From positions 2,071-66,070 of the forward strand of contig CALFMN010000154.1 of assembly GCA_937879875.1 (NCBI GenBank): 64,000 nucleotides of DNA. Direction: 5' to 3'. The notes beneath the pieces were generated by a model, which made no database searches, was not told where the DNA came from, and saw only the letters and a program-made list of their open reading frames with translations. A program made the position numbers and the translations under genes. The DNA is from an uncultured Chloroflexota bacterium (GTDB lineage Bacteria; Chloroflexota; Dehalococcoidia; CAUJGQ01). Shown here in pieces: positions 9,070 to 18,893 of this stretch; position 1 is the first letter of the stretch, and each line of letters starts with the position of its first letter.

Positions 9070-9158
9070 CGTGCTGCTATACTACCCATGCCACCGCCGC
9101 TGGGCAATAGGTGAACGATGCTGTTTCCTATTTTGGAACGAGCTCCCAGGGAAGCGTG

Positions 9159-9740
9159 ATGGGTCGGCGCGAGGAGCGACGGCAGGCGGTACGGCAACGC
9201 ATTGTCGAGGCGGCCGTCGAGCTCCACAGCACCGTCGGCCCCGCACGCACGACGATCAGCGCGATTGCGGAGCGCGCCGGCGTCCAGCGCCTCACCGTAT
9301 ATCGCCATTTTCCGGACGAACTGTCGATTTTCATGGCTTGCACTGGCCATGGGCTCGCCACGCTGCCGCCGCCCGACCAGGCGGCCTGGCGCCGTCGTAC
9401 CGATCCCGTGGCGCGTCTGCAGGAGGCGCTCACGGACCTCTACGCCTACTACCGGCGGCGCGAGCCCGTGCTCGTCAACGTGCAGCGTGATGCCCCCTTG
9501 ATGCCGGTGCTGCAGCGCGTGATGGCCGCGCGGTACGGCGAGTACTTCGCGTCAGCGCGGAAGACGTTGAGCGCCGGTTGGGGCGTGCGAGGACGCCAGC
9601 GGACGCTGCTGGTCGCCGCGCTCGGCCACGCCATCGATTTCCAGACCTGGCGCTCGCTGGTGCGGCAGCACGGGCTCAGTGACGATCAGGCGGTCGAACT
9701 GATGGTGTGCCTGGTCCGTTGCGCGGCTGAAGGGGGTTAA
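9159..9740 (+). CDS. TetR/AcrR family transcriptional regulator
   Basis: The N-terminal HTH is RQRIVEAAVELHSTVGPARTTISAIAERAGVQRLTVYRHF. An alternative GTG start is at 9111. Confidence 0.85.
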   Translation: MGRREERRQAVRQRIVEAAVELHSTVGPARTTISAIAERAGVQRLTVYRHFPDELSIFMACTGHGLATLPPPDQAAWRRRTDPVARLQEALTDLYAYYRRREPVLVNVQRDAPLMPVLQRVMAARYGEYFASARKTLSAGWGVRGRQRTLLVAALGHAIDFQTWRSLVRQHGLSDDQAVELMVCLVRCAAEGG

Positions 9741-10046
9741 GCGCTCCGGCGTCGGCTCGCTGTCTCGTAACCCATCGCAGCATCCGTCGCACGCCAGGTT
9801 TTGAGACGAGCGCCAATTGAATCACAAATGAGGGGTTGTTTTACTCGGACGCGATGTGTCGTCCTGGAGCGTGGCCCGGGGCGGACATGGGGCGCCAAAC
9901 CAGTCGGAACGGTGTAGCGCAGTGTGGCGATCTCACTTTCAGCGACTCGCGGCGACACTCGTAGGTCGCAACACACTGCACCGCGTTATCGTGAACGCGA
10001 CTGGTTGCCCCGACACGCTTGCGACCTGCTGTTCAGCAGGCGGCTG

Positions 10047-11204
10047 TCACGGCAGCCCGAACAGCGCGATCGCGTTGCCGCCTACGATGCGCTGCGCGTG
10101 CTCCTCGCTCGTCGCGGCGAAGACGGCCTCGACGGCGCTGCGCGTGTAGCCGAAGGTGCTCTCGTTGTGCGGATAGTCCGACGACCACAGCGCCCGATCG
10201 GCGCCGATGCGGTGCAGCAGCTCCAGCCCGGCCGGGTCGACCATGAAGGTCGCGTAGCAGTTCTGGAACCAGTAGTGGCTGGGCGCGTGCGCGAGGCGCG
10301 GGCGCACGTGGCTGGGGAACGATTCGTGGATCATGTCCGCTTCCTGCAAGGCGCCGGGCACCCAGTGCAGGCCGCTCTCTACGAACACGACACGCAGACC
10401 CGGATTGCGCTCGAACACGCCGCCGAAGGTCAGCGTTGCCCAGACGTTGCGCATGCCGCCCATCTGCTGCATCACGAAGATGCCCGCCAGCCCCCGCTTC
10501 GAGCCGGGCAGCACCGGCTTTTCGCCGATGTGGAAACAGAGCGGCAGCCCGGACTCCTCCACCGCCGCCCAGAACGGCTCCATGCGCTCGCTGTGATAGG
10601 CGATCGGCTCGCCATCGGCGTGCTTGCCGGGGGAGATGGGCACCATCGCCGTTTTGAAGTCCAGCGCCTTAATCTCGGCCAGAGCGTCGCGCGTCGCCGC
10701 GGGATCCCACCAGTTCAAAATCGCCACGCCGTGCAGGCGGTCCGGCTGCCGGGCGCAGAACTCCGCCAACGCCTGGTTGTAGGCGCGGGCGCACCACTCC
10801 TTCTCCTCAAGGTCGTCGAGAAAAAGCAGGTTGAAGAACTTCTGCGGGAAGACGATCTCCTGCGCCACGCCTTCGATATCGAGATCGCGCATGCGCGCCT
10901 CGACATCATTGAAGCCGGGCACGCATTCGAACGCGCAGGCAGCGGTCGCCGCGCCGGGCGGGTTCAGCCGCTTGCCGCCGACCTCGATCTCCCAGCCGCC
11001 GTTCTCGAAGAACACGCGCGGGGCGCGGTGCTTGAGATGGGCGGGGAAGCGATCGATCCAGAGATCCCCCTCCAGCCAGTGGCTGTCCGCGGAGACGATG
11101 ACCGTACCAGGCGGATAGGGGCGGGCAGCCTGCTCCGGCGACCGATCGCGGGCGTCGCCGATGCCCTGCATCCGCGGGATTTCGAGTGTCGATGTAACCG
11201 GCAT
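10047..11204 (-). CDS. Amidohydrolase-2 family protein (ACMSD/TIM-barrel metal-dependent hydrolase-like)
   Basis: It carries an SADSHW metal-binding start and WSSDYPH near the C-terminus, and is 385 aa. Plus-strand ORF 9924..11642 is antisense to it. Confidence 0.8.
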   Translation of the reverse strand: MPVTSTLEIPRMQGIGDARDRSPEQAARPYPPGTVIVSADSHWLEGDLWIDRFPAHLKHRAPRVFFENGGWEIEVGGKRLNPPGAATAACAFECVPGFNDVEARMRDLDIEGVAQEIVFPQKFFNLLFLDDLEEKEWCARAYNQALAEFCARQPDRLHGVAILNWWDPAATRDALAEIKALDFKTAMVPISPGKHADGEPIAYHSERMEPFWAAVEESGLPLCFHIGEKPVLPGSKRGLAGIFVMQQMGGMRNVWATLTFGGVFERNPGLRVVFVESGLHWVPGALQEADMIHESFPSHVRPRLAHAPSHYWFQNCYATFMVDPAGLELLHRIGADRALWSSDYPHNESTFGYTRSAVEAVFAATSEEHAQRIVGGNAIALFGLP

Positions 11205-11374
11205 GTGTGGTCTCCTCGCGGCGTCCGTGCGGCTGCACTACGCGCACCATGCGGCACGGAAGACGCCGTCGTCAACGCCACGACCGCGGGCAGGATGTCG
11301 CCGGCCGGAAAGGCGCCGACCGTGTCGAAGCGGCTATGCTTGCAGGGCCGATCATCCGCGGAGGATCAGTGCGT

Positions 11375-12250
11375 ATGTTTGAAGGCTTTCAGCAGCGCCG
11401 CATCGAGGCGAACGGCGTCACGATCAACCTCGTCACGGCCGGCAGCGGGCCGCCGCTGCTGTTGCTGCATGGCTATCCGCAGACGCACGCCATGTGGCAC
11501 CGCGTCGCGCCGCGGCTGGCAGAGGAGTTCACCGTGGTTGTGCCGGACCTGCGCGGCTACGGCTCGAGTTCAAAACCTCAGGGCGGCGGCGACCACACGG
11601 CGTATGCCAAGCGCACGCTGGCGCTCGACCAGGTCGAGGTGATGCGGGCGCTGGGCTTCGAGCAGTTCTACGTCGCCGGCCACGACCGCGGGGCACGCGT
11701 CGCCTACCGCATGGCGCTCGACCATCCGCAGCGCGTGCGCAAGCTCTGCGTGCTCGACGTGATCCCGACGTATACGATGTTCGCCGGCGTGAACAAGGCG
11801 ATGGCGCTGGGCACGTATCACTGGTTCTTCTTGGCCCAGCCGTTCGATTTGCCGGAGCACCTGATCGGCGGCGACCCGGAATACTTCATTCGTCACACGC
11901 TGGGAGGCTGGGCGGGCAAGCTCGACGCCTTCGCGCCCGAGGCGCTGCAGCAGTACATCGATGCCTTCCGCGACCCGGCCTGCATTCACGCCACCTGCGA
12001 AGACTACCGCGCCGGCGCCACGGTCGACGTTGAGCACGACGCGGCCGATCTGGGCAAGCAGAAGATCGCCTGTCCGCTGCTGGCGCTGTGGGGCAACAAG
12101 GGCGGGCGCTGGAGCCATCAGCACGTGCTCGGCGTCTGGCGCGAGTGGGCCGCTGACGTGCGCGGCCAGCCGATCGCCAGCGGTCACTTCCTCCCGGAAG
12201 AAGCGCCGGACGAAACCTACGCCGCGCTGCGCCAGTTCCTGCGGGCCTGA
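11375..12250 (+). CDS. Alpha/beta hydrolase (haloacetate dehalogenase / epoxide hydrolase-like)
   Basis: Start MFEGF follows a GGAGGA ribosome-binding site. Motifs: LLLLHGYPQTHAMWHRV, nucleophile elbow GHDRGARVAY, and C-terminal His in GHFLPEE. Confidence 0.85.
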   Translation: MFEGFQQRRIEANGVTINLVTAGSGPPLLLLHGYPQTHAMWHRVAPRLAEEFTVVVPDLRGYGSSSKPQGGGDHTAYAKRTLALDQVEVMRALGFEQFYVAGHDRGARVAYRMALDHPQRVRKLCVLDVIPTYTMFAGVNKAMALGTYHWFFLAQPFDLPEHLIGGDPEYFIRHTLGGWAGKLDAFAPEALQQYIDAFRDPACIHATCEDYRAGATVDVEHDAADLGKQKIACPLLALWGNKGGRWSHQHVLGVWREWAADVRGQPIASGHFLPEEAPDETYAALRQFLRA

Positions 12251-12352
12251 CCGGCTGGTGACACTTGCAGGGGCGCATGGCATGCGCCCGTCGTGGCCGC
12301 AGCCGCGAGCAGCGGCGCGGCGCGTTCTCGACTCAACAGGGCTGGGGCCGAT

Positions 12353-12769
12353 CTACTGCGGCTCGCGCCGTGCGATGCCGGGAATGCGGTCGAAGTCGCG
12401 GTCGAAGCTGACCACGGCCGCCGCGCCGGTGCGCTCCACGTGCGCGGCGATCAGCGCGTCCTCGAAATCGATGTTCAGCGTCGCATACCAATCGAGCGCG
12501 CGCAGATAGGTGCCCTTGTGCGCGATGCTCACTCCCGGAAACATGAGCACGCCAGACAAGTACGCGCGAATGTCGTTGCGAGCAAGGTGATAGCGACGTG
12601 GCGAGCCGAGAACATAGACGACCTCGGCGAGCGTGGCTTCGACGAGGTCGGCGGTCTCCTGGCCGGTTTCCAGCTTGCTGAGGTAGGTACGGCACAAAGC
12701 GGCCCTGGCCGGATCGTCCTGGACGATCGGCCGGACGATGACGTTAGCGTCCAGATACGGGTTCGCCAT
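12353..12769 (-). CDS. vapC: PIN-domain toxin VapC
   Basis: MANPYLDANVIV has Asp7. A second acidic cluster is at DFEDALIAAHV and a third at SFDRDF. Confidence 0.85.
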   Translation of the reverse strand: MANPYLDANVIVRPIVQDDPARAALCRTYLSKLETGQETADLVEATLAEVVYVLGSPRRYHLARNDIRAYLSGVLMFPGVSIAHKGTYLRALDWYATLNIDFEDALIAAHVERTGAAAVVSFDRDFDRIPGIARREPQ

Positions 12770-13034
12770 GTAACTCCGCTATCTGGCGGGCGAACCGCTC
12801 TGCTCGTTCCTCGTGGACCTCTTCTCGGATCTGCTTCCAGGTGCGAGGAGGGTCAAGCGGCGGCGCGTACAGGTAGTATTTGTCGAGCACCGATTCCGCC
12901 TTCTCGATGCGCACACCCTTCTCATCTTCCACGAAACGCACGCGGTCCTTCGGTTTGACACCCAGCCAGCGGCGAAGCTCGGCCGGGATCGTCACCTGCC
13001 CTTTGGGGCTCACACGGCTGGTGTAGGTGGTCAT
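12744..13034 (-). CDS. vapB: AbrB/MazE-type antitoxin VapB
   Basis: SPKGQVTIPAELRRWLGVKPKDRVRF is a SpoVT/AbrB swapped hairpin. It lies immediately upstream of vapC and overlaps it. Confidence 0.8.
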   Translation of the reverse strand: MTTYTSRVSPKGQVTIPAELRRWLGVKPKDRVRFVEDEKGVRIEKAESVLDKYYLYAPPLDPPRTWKQIREEVHEERAERFARQIAELHGEPVSGR

Positions 13035-13095
13035 GGCTCTACATGCCCTGTCAGGTAAAACCTGCTGAAGATCGTCGAACGCATCATAACAGGTT

Positions 13096-14025
13096 TTACG
13101 CGAAGATGCTCTTCGGCAGCAGCGCGGACACGATCCAGTTCGGCGCGTCCACGACCTCGCTCACGTGCAGATCGACGGCCACGGAGCAGAGCATGTACGC
13201 CTCTTCCCGCGTGAAGCTGTACTGCTCCACCAGATAGGCGATCATGTGGCGCGTGGCCTGGCGCGCGGCCTCCAGCAGGTCGGGCGAGTGGCCGGTGGTG
13301 GCGTAGTAGCCGGCGGTGTTGATGCGGGGCGAGAGCGGGCCGGGCGTCTCGTACTGCAGCTCGGCGGGCGCCCTGCCCTTGCGCAGGCCGAAGCGCAGCG
13401 TGGCCGTCATCTCGCACTCGATCGCCGTGACGCAGACCTCGCCGTCGCCCTGCGCCGCGTGGCCGTCGCCGCAGGAGAAGAGCGCACCGGGCACGAGCAC
13501 CGGCAGCCAGAGCTTCGCGCCGGCCGTGATCTGCTTGACATCGACGTTGCCGGCGTTGCGGCGCGGCGGCATCGTGTTGAAGCTGCCCGGCTCGGCGAGC
13601 GCCACGCCCATCACGCCGAGAAACGGCTCTTTGGGGATTCGTACGCCGCGCACGAACGGCACCGGGTCGCGGGTCAGATCCCAGTGGAAGAGCGCCGTCT
13701 TCTCAAAATCCTCCGATAGCAGGCCGACTCCCGGCGCGACGACTGTGTAGCCCCAGGGACCGGTCTCCAGCGTCAGCACCTCGATCTCGAGCGCATCGCC
13801 CGGCTCGGCGCCGCGCACGAAGACCGGGCCGGTCAGCGGATGTCCGGGCGCCCGCGGCCGCGCCTGCATTTCGGCAAGCGTTACCGGCGGCTTGTTGCGG
13901 CCGTCCGACGAGTCGCGCGTCTGGAAGACAACCGTATCGCCGGGGTCGATCGCGAGCAGCGGCGGCAGGCTGTTGTCCCAGGCGTGGTGGACGCGCTCGG
14001 CGGAGAGCTGGTGCGTACGGCTCAT
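13096..14025 (-). CDS. Acetamidase/formamidase family protein
   Basis: The FmdA/AmdA-like sequence ...ETGPWGYT...NVDVKQITAGAKLWLPVLVPGALFSCGDGHAAQGDGEV is present. The protein is 309 aa. Confidence 0.85.
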   Translation of the reverse strand: MSRTHQLSAERVHHAWDNSLPPLLAIDPGDTVVFQTRDSSDGRNKPPVTLAEMQARPRAPGHPLTGPVFVRGAEPGDALEIEVLTLETGPWGYTVVAPGVGLLSEDFEKTALFHWDLTRDPVPFVRGVRIPKEPFLGVMGVALAEPGSFNTMPPRRNAGNVDVKQITAGAKLWLPVLVPGALFSCGDGHAAQGDGEVCVTAIECEMTATLRFGLRKGRAPAELQYETPGPLSPRINTAGYYATTGHSPDLLEAARQATRHMIAYLVEQYSFTREEAYMLCSVAVDLHVSEVVDAPNWIVSALLPKSIFA

Positions 14026-14180
14026 GGCGGAGTTCCTGGCGGCCCGGCGGACGTGCCGAGATACCGTCGCGCTTTAGCTGCTGGTTGAGGGGGCGTGCCT
14101 GCGCATGGTAGCACGCTGCACACGCACAAACCGTATCGGCATGGTTACGAGGTGGAAACGCTAGCGGATGCATGAACCAG

Positions 14181-14882
14181 CTATTGGTCGAGCAAGCGTT
14201 CGATCTTGGACAGCGTCGCGATCCACGGCCCGTCGTAGCCCGGCGGCGGGCCGGTGCGGGCGATGAGCACGCCGCCGAGCCCGCCGGCGCATGCGCCCCT
14301 GACGTATTCGGGTTCGTCGTCCACGAACAGCAGCCGCTCAGGCGGCAGCCCGATCTGCGCGACGGCGAACTGGAAGATAGCCGCGTCGGGCTTGAGGCAG
14401 CCGGCGCGGGCCGAGATCACGAACGGATCGAAGTAGTCGCGGAAGCCGAGCCGCCGGTACTTGCCCTCAAGCGAGGGCCAGGCGTTCGAGATCAAGCCCA
14501 GCCGCAGGCCACGGGCGCGCACGCCGTCGAGCGTGGCGCGGGCGTCGGCATACGGCTCGAACTCGCACTCGGCCACGTGCGCATCTGCCAGCGCCTGCAA
14601 CAACGCTGGTGCGGGCGCCGCCACACCGAGCCCGCTGAGCAGCAGCCGGTAGTACTCGCGGAACTGCGCCCGCTCTTCGTCTTCGGTCGTCAGCCGGTGA
14701 TTCGCGTCGAGATAGGCCATGCCGGGCAGGTGCGCCTCAGCATAGCGTTCCCAGGGCAGCTCCGTGTGGCCGTGCGCCTCCACGATGCGGCGGAAATGCG
14801 GATATGGCCACCAGCCTTCGGTCAATGGCCGCATCAGCGTGCCGCCCGAGTCGAACAGCACGCCCTCGATTCGCATCGCCAT
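14181..14882 (-). CDS. HAD-family hydrolase
   Basis: Motif I LFDSGGTL, motif III K in GCLKPD and motif IV FVDDEP are present. Confidence 0.8.
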   Translation of the reverse strand: MAMRIEGVLFDSGGTLMRPLTEGWWPYPHFRRIVEAHGHTELPWERYAEAHLPGMAYLDANHRLTTEDEERAQFREYYRLLLSGLGVAAPAPALLQALADAHVAECEFEPYADARATLDGVRARGLRLGLISNAWPSLEGKYRRLGFRDYFDPFVISARAGCLKPDAAIFQFAVAQIGLPPERLLFVDDEPEYVRGACAGGLGGVLIARTGPPPGYDGPWIATLSKIERLLDQ

Positions 14883-14999
14883 CCTCCATAACGACGATAG
14901 GCCGCGTCGATCAGTGCGATGGTAGCAAGACGCGCTGGTACGGCATTGTCGCCGGTGGCCTCGCGCAGCTCTGCCCAGGCTCGGCGTCGCGGATCGCGC

Positions 15000-15029
15000 T
15001 TGACAGCGCCGCGCCCTGCCGCCTAGACT
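15000..15029 (+). promoter_or_regulatory. Candidate sigma-70-like promoter (TTGACA-18-TAGACT) for the yezD-tauE-cysH-cysC-sat operon
   Basis: A TTGACA hexamer is followed after 18 nt by TAGACT. The element lies about 15 nt upstream of the yezD start. Confidence 0.35.
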
Positions 15030-15042
15030 TCGAGAATCTGGA

Positions 15043-15255
15043 GTGAGTAAGTCAAGAAAGTCAACAATGACAAACGGGGCGCGTGCGGTAGTGGGTCAGG
15101 TTTCACTCGAAGCGGCAACGGCGGACGAGCTGCGCGTGCTGCGCGAGGTGCTGGCCGCGATCCGCGCCGTGCAGCACGGCACCGTCTCGCTGATCCTTCA
15201 GGACCGCCGCGTCGTGCAGATCGACCGTACCGAAAAGCGGCGGCTCGTGAGCTAG
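15043..15255 (+). CDS. YezD/DUF2292 family small protein
   Basis: The C-terminal HGTVSLILQDRRVVQIDRTEKRRL matches the DUF2292 signature. This family is typically linked to sulfur-assimilation operons. Start is GTG at 15043; an alternative ATG is at 15067. Confidence 0.6.
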   Translation: MSKSRKSTMTNGARAVVGQVSLEAATADELRVLREVLAAIRAVQHGTVSLILQDRRVVQIDRTEKRRLVS

Positions 15256-15357
15256 CGCACACCGATACGAAGACCGGCTGACCGGACGACCGGAGGCCTG
15301 CCCCGCAAGAGGCAGGCCTTTCTGTATGCAGCGCACGCAACCCGCAAAGCAAGGGAC

Positions 15358-16119
15358 ATGGAACTCGGACTGATCGTCGTTGGCTTTCTCGTTGGCGGCC
15401 TGATCGGCGCTTCCGGCATGGGCGGCGGCTCGCTGATGGCGCCGCTGCTGATCGGCGTGGTGGGCGTGGGGCCGCTGCAGGCGGTGAGCACCGATTTCGT
15501 CTTCTCTGCCGTCACCAAAGCGCTCGGCGGCGTCCGCCACTGGCGGCTGGGCGGCGTCGACTGGCCGTTGGTGCTGCGCCTCGCCTGCGCCAGCGGGCCG
15601 GGCGTGGTGGCCGGCGTGGCGTTGCTGCATTGGCTTGGCCGCGGCAATCGGGCGCGCGCGGACGGCTTGATCATGCACGCGCTCGGCGTGGCGCTGATCT
15701 GCGCCGCGGCGGCCACGGTCTGGCAGGCACTGCGCCCCAACCATCGGCCCGCGTTGACCGCAAACGGCCAGCCACGCTGGGCGCTGCTGCTGCCTGCCGG
15801 CTTTGCCCTGGGGCTGCTGGTCGGCGTCACCTCCGTCGGCAGCGGCAGCCTCTTCCTCGTCCTGCTCACGACCACCGCGCCGCTCTCGTTGCGCCGCGCG
15901 GTGGGCACGGACGTGGCGCATGCGGCGCTGCTCACCGGCATCGGCGCCATCGCGCATCTTTCCGCCGGCGCCGTCGAGCCGCGGCTCTCGCTCAACCTGA
16001 TCGCCGGTTCGCTGCCCGGCGTGTGGCTCGGCAGCAGCCTGCCGGCGCGGCTGCCGCGGCGGGCGCTCTCGGGCGTGATCGCCTCGGTGCTCGTCGTCAG
16101 CGGCGTGCGCTTTCTGTAA
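15358..16119 (+). CDS. TauE/SafE (TSUP) family sulfite/anion exporter
   Basis: The protein is an 8-TM, Gly-rich internal repeat protein: GASGMGGGSLMAPLL and GVTSVGSGSLFLVLL. Confidence 0.85.
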   Translation: MELGLIVVGFLVGGLIGASGMGGGSLMAPLLIGVVGVGPLQAVSTDFVFSAVTKALGGVRHWRLGGVDWPLVLRLACASGPGVVAGVALLHWLGRGNRARADGLIMHALGVALICAAAATVWQALRPNHRPALTANGQPRWALLLPAGFALGLLVGVTSVGSGSLFLVLLTTTAPLSLRRAVGTDVAHAALLTGIGAIAHLSAGAVEPRLSLNLIAGSLPGVWLGSSLPARLPRRALSGVIASVLVVSGVRFL

Positions 16120-16143
16120 GCACCGCTCTCTGGAGAAACGGCT

Positions 16144-16869
16144 ATGACCAGCACATCCGCAAGCATCCGCCCGGACGAAGCGCAGCTTGCCGCCCTCAAC
16201 GCTCGCCTCGCCGGCGTCGAGGCCCAAGAGCTGATCGCCTGGGCGGCCAGCGAGTATCCCGGCAAGCTGGCGATCTCCTGCTCGTTCGGCGGGCCGAGCG
16301 GCATGGTGCTGCTCGACCTGGCGCTGCAAGTCGAGCGCTCGCTGCCGGTGATCTACGTGGACACCGACTATCTCTTTCCCGAAACCTACGCCACGGTGCA
16401 GACCGTCGAAGCGCGCTACGGCATCACGCCGCTCGCCTTCCGCTCGGCGCTGACTCCGCAAACCCAGGAGCTGCTGCACGGCCCAGCGCTCTGGCAGCGC
16501 GACCCCGACGCCTGCTGCGCCCTGCGCAAAGTCGCGCCGATGCGCGTGGCGCTGTCGCAGTTTTCCGCGTATCTGACCGGCCTGCGCCGCGACCAGGCGA
16601 GCACGCGCCGCGAGACGCCGCTCGTCCAGTGGGACGCGCAGTTCGGCGTGCTGAAGCTGAACCCGCTCGCTGCCTGGAGCGAAGCCGAGATCTGGGCCTA
16701 CATCGTCAAGCACGACCTGCCCTACAACCCGCTGCACGACCGCGGCTATCCCAGCCTCGGCTGCACCAACTGCACGCGCGCCGTGCAGCCCGGCGAAGAC
16801 CCGCGCGCCGGCCGCTGGAGCGGCACCGACAAGATCGAGTGCGGCCTGCACGCAGGGAATAGGGATTAG
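16144..16869 (+). CDS. cysH: Adenylylsulfate (APS) reductase, thioredoxin-dependent, Fe-S type
   Basis: The PP-loop is SCSFGGPSG, and KIECGLH is at the C-terminus. The CC...CxxC cysteine set ([17 protein letters not shown]) is characteristic of APS rather than PAPS reductases. Confidence 0.88.
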   Translation: MTSTSASIRPDEAQLAALNARLAGVEAQELIAWAASEYPGKLAISCSFGGPSGMVLLDLALQVERSLPVIYVDTDYLFPETYATVQTVEARYGITPLAFRSALTPQTQELLHGPALWQRDPDACCALRKVAPMRVALSQFSAYLTGLRRDQASTRRETPLVQWDAQFGVLKLNPLAAWSEAEIWAYIVKHDLPYNPLHDRGYPSLGCTNCTRAVQPGEDPRAGRWSGTDKIECGLHAGNRD

Positions 16870-16878
16870 GGATCAGGG
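16851..16878 (+). repeat. G-quadruplex-capable motif GGGAATAGGGATTAGGGATCAGGGAATAG
   Basis: Four GGG runs with 4-nt loops lie between cysH and cysC. It shares the TAGGGAATAG core with 29385-29410 and, on the minus strand, 30826-30852. Confidence 0.4.
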
Positions 16879-16981
16879 AATAGATGGGCGGAACGCCGTC
16901 ATTCCAAAAAACCACTCCTCACTTCCCCTCTCTATTGGCATGGAGAGGGGCCAGGGGGTGAGGCGACACGAAGGAGTCGAC

Positions 16982-17548
16982 ATGACACCAGCAGCACTAG
17001 GTTTCACTCTCTGGCTCACAGGTCTTTCGGGCGCGGGCAAATCGACGCTCGCCGAGCATTTAGCGCCGCGGCTGCGCGAGCGCGGCGTGCCGGTCGAAGT
17101 GCTCGACGGCGACGAGGTGCGCACGAACCTGAGCAAAGGGCTCGGCTTTTCGCGCGAGGACCGCGACACCAACATCCGCCGCATCGGCTACGTGGCGAAG
17201 CTGCTCTCGCGCAACGGCGTCGGCGTGATCACCGCCGCGATCTCGCCCTACCGCGAAGTGCGCGACGAAGTGCGCGGCACGATTGCAGCTGACGGCGCCG
17301 GCTTTGTCGAGGTCTTCGTGCGCTGTCCGCTGGACGAGCTGGTGCGGCGCGACGTCAAGGGTCTTTACGAAAAGGCGCTGCGCGGCGAGATCGCCAACTT
17401 CACCGGCGTCTCCGATCCCTATGAGGAGCCGCTGCACGCCGAAGTCGTCGTGGACTCTTCTGCCGAGACGGTCGAAGAGAGCGCAGCGCGGATTCTGGAA
17501 GAACTCGAAGCGCTCGGCTATCTGGAGCCCGTGGAGGTGGCGGCATGA
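16982..17548 (+). CDS. cysC: Adenylylsulfate kinase
   Basis: The P-loop is GLSGAGKST and LDGDEVR is present. An AGGAGT ribosome-binding site lies upstream of the ATG. The stop overlaps the sat start. Confidence 0.9.
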   Translation: MTPAALGFTLWLTGLSGAGKSTLAEHLAPRLRERGVPVEVLDGDEVRTNLSKGLGFSREDRDTNIRRIGYVAKLLSRNGVGVITAAISPYREVRDEVRGTIAADGAGFVEVFVRCPLDELVRRDVKGLYEKALRGEIANFTGVSDPYEEPLHAEVVVDSSAETVEESAARILEELEALGYLEPVEVAA

Positions 17549-18729
17549 CGACGCTGGCGGAACGTCCTGCTTCAGCGCACCCGTTGCAGGCGCGGCAGGC
17601 ATCGCCGGAACAGGCGGCGGCGCTGCGCGAGCGGCTGCCCGGCATGCCGAGGCTGGCGATCGATGCGCGGCGGCTGAACGACATCGAACTGCTCGCCATC
17701 GGGGGCTTCAGCCCGCTGCGCGGCTTCATGGGCGAGGCCGACTACCGCGCCGTGGTGCAAGCCCTGCACCTGGCGGACGGCACGCCGTTTCCGATGCCCG
17801 TCGTATTGCCGGCGAGCGAGGAAGACGCCGCGCGGCTGCCGTCGAGCGGCGAACTCGCGCTGACCTTCGGCGGCGCGGTCGTGGCCGTGCTCGATCTGAC
17901 CGAGCGCTTCCGTTACGACGCGCGTGACGAGGCGCGGCTGGTCTACCGCACCGAAGACGAGGCGCACCCCGGCGTGGCCGCCGTCTACGCGCAGGGGCCG
18001 TGGCTGCTGGGCGGCGAGGTGACGGTGCTGTCGCTGCCGCAGCAGCCGTTCGCAGAGTTTCGTCTGACACCGGAGCAAAGCCGCGCCGAGTTTGCGGCTC
18101 GCGGTTGGCGGACCGTGGTCGGCTTCCAGACGCGCAACCCGGTGCACCGCGCCCACGAATACATTCAGAAATGCGCCCTGGAGATCGTGGATGGCCTCTT
18201 CCTGCATCCGCTCGTGGGCGAGACGAAGGGCGATGACGTGCCCGCCGCGGTGCGCATGCGCTGTTATCAGGCGCTCTTGCAGCACTACTATCCGCAGGAT
18301 CGCGTGCTGCTGGCGGTGAACCCGGCGGCGATGCGCTACGCTGGCCCGCGCGAGGCGGTGTTGCACGCCGTCGTGCGGCGCAACTACGGCTGCACCCACT
18401 TCATCGTCGGGCGCGACCACGCCGGCGTGGGCAACTACTACGGCACCTACGATGCGCAGCGCATCTTCTACGACGAGTTCCGGTCGGGCGAATTGGGCAT
18501 CGAGACGCTGAATTTCGAGCACACCTTCTACTGCCACGCCTGCGCCGGCATGGCCAGCGCCAAGACCTGCCCGCACGACGCCGAGGCGCACGTCACGCTC
18601 TCCGGTACGCGTGTGCGGCAACTGCTCGCGGCGGGCGAGGCGCCGCCGCCGGAGTTCAGCCGGCCCGAAGTCGCGCAGATCCTGATCGCGGCGTACCGGG
18701 AGCCGGCGCCCGCGGAGGCGGCATCATGA
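17545..18729 (+). CDS. sat: Sulfate adenylyltransferase (ATP sulfurylase)
   Basis: [12 protein letters not shown] and [12 protein letters not shown] motifs are present. The protein is 394 aa. Confidence 0.9.
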   Translation: MTTLAERPASAHPLQARQASPEQAAALRERLPGMPRLAIDARRLNDIELLAIGGFSPLRGFMGEADYRAVVQALHLADGTPFPMPVVLPASEEDAARLPSSGELALTFGGAVVAVLDLTERFRYDARDEARLVYRTEDEAHPGVAAVYAQGPWLLGGEVTVLSLPQQPFAEFRLTPEQSRAEFAARGWRTVVGFQTRNPVHRAHEYIQKCALEIVDGLFLHPLVGETKGDDVPAAVRMRCYQALLQHYYPQDRVLLAVNPAAMRYAGPREAVLHAVVRRNYGCTHFIVGRDHAGVGNYYGTYDAQRIFYDEFRSGELGIETLNFEHTFYCHACAGMASAKTCPHDAEAHVTLSGTRVRQLLAAGEAPPPEFSRPEVAQILIAAYREPAPAEAAS

Positions 18730-18893
18730 GCACGCGTCCCGCGATTCGTTGCGCCCCGGCCCGGCCTCGCGGCCGCACCCGCCGCCCTTCGTCGCTGCAC
18801 GATCTGGTGCGCCGCTTCTGGCAGTTCCTGCGCAGCAACGAGCTGCGCGGCCTGGACGACGTGCCGTTCTGAGCGGGCGCGCCGCCTGCCGCG

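Noticed and set aside
9924-11642. 572-aa plus-strand ORF
   Set aside because: It is entirely antisense to the well-supported amidohydrolase gene (10047..11204 -) and the upstream region. It has Arg/Ala-rich low-complexity translation typical of high-GC antisense frames.
15103-16851. 582-aa and 350-aa minus-strand ORFs over tauE/cysH
   Set aside because: They are antisense to the TauE and CysH genes, which carry diagnostic motifs (ECGLH, PP-loop).
17572-18621. 349-aa minus-strand ORF over sat
   Set aside because: It is antisense to sulfate adenylyltransferase (QTRN/GRDHAG motifs on the plus strand).
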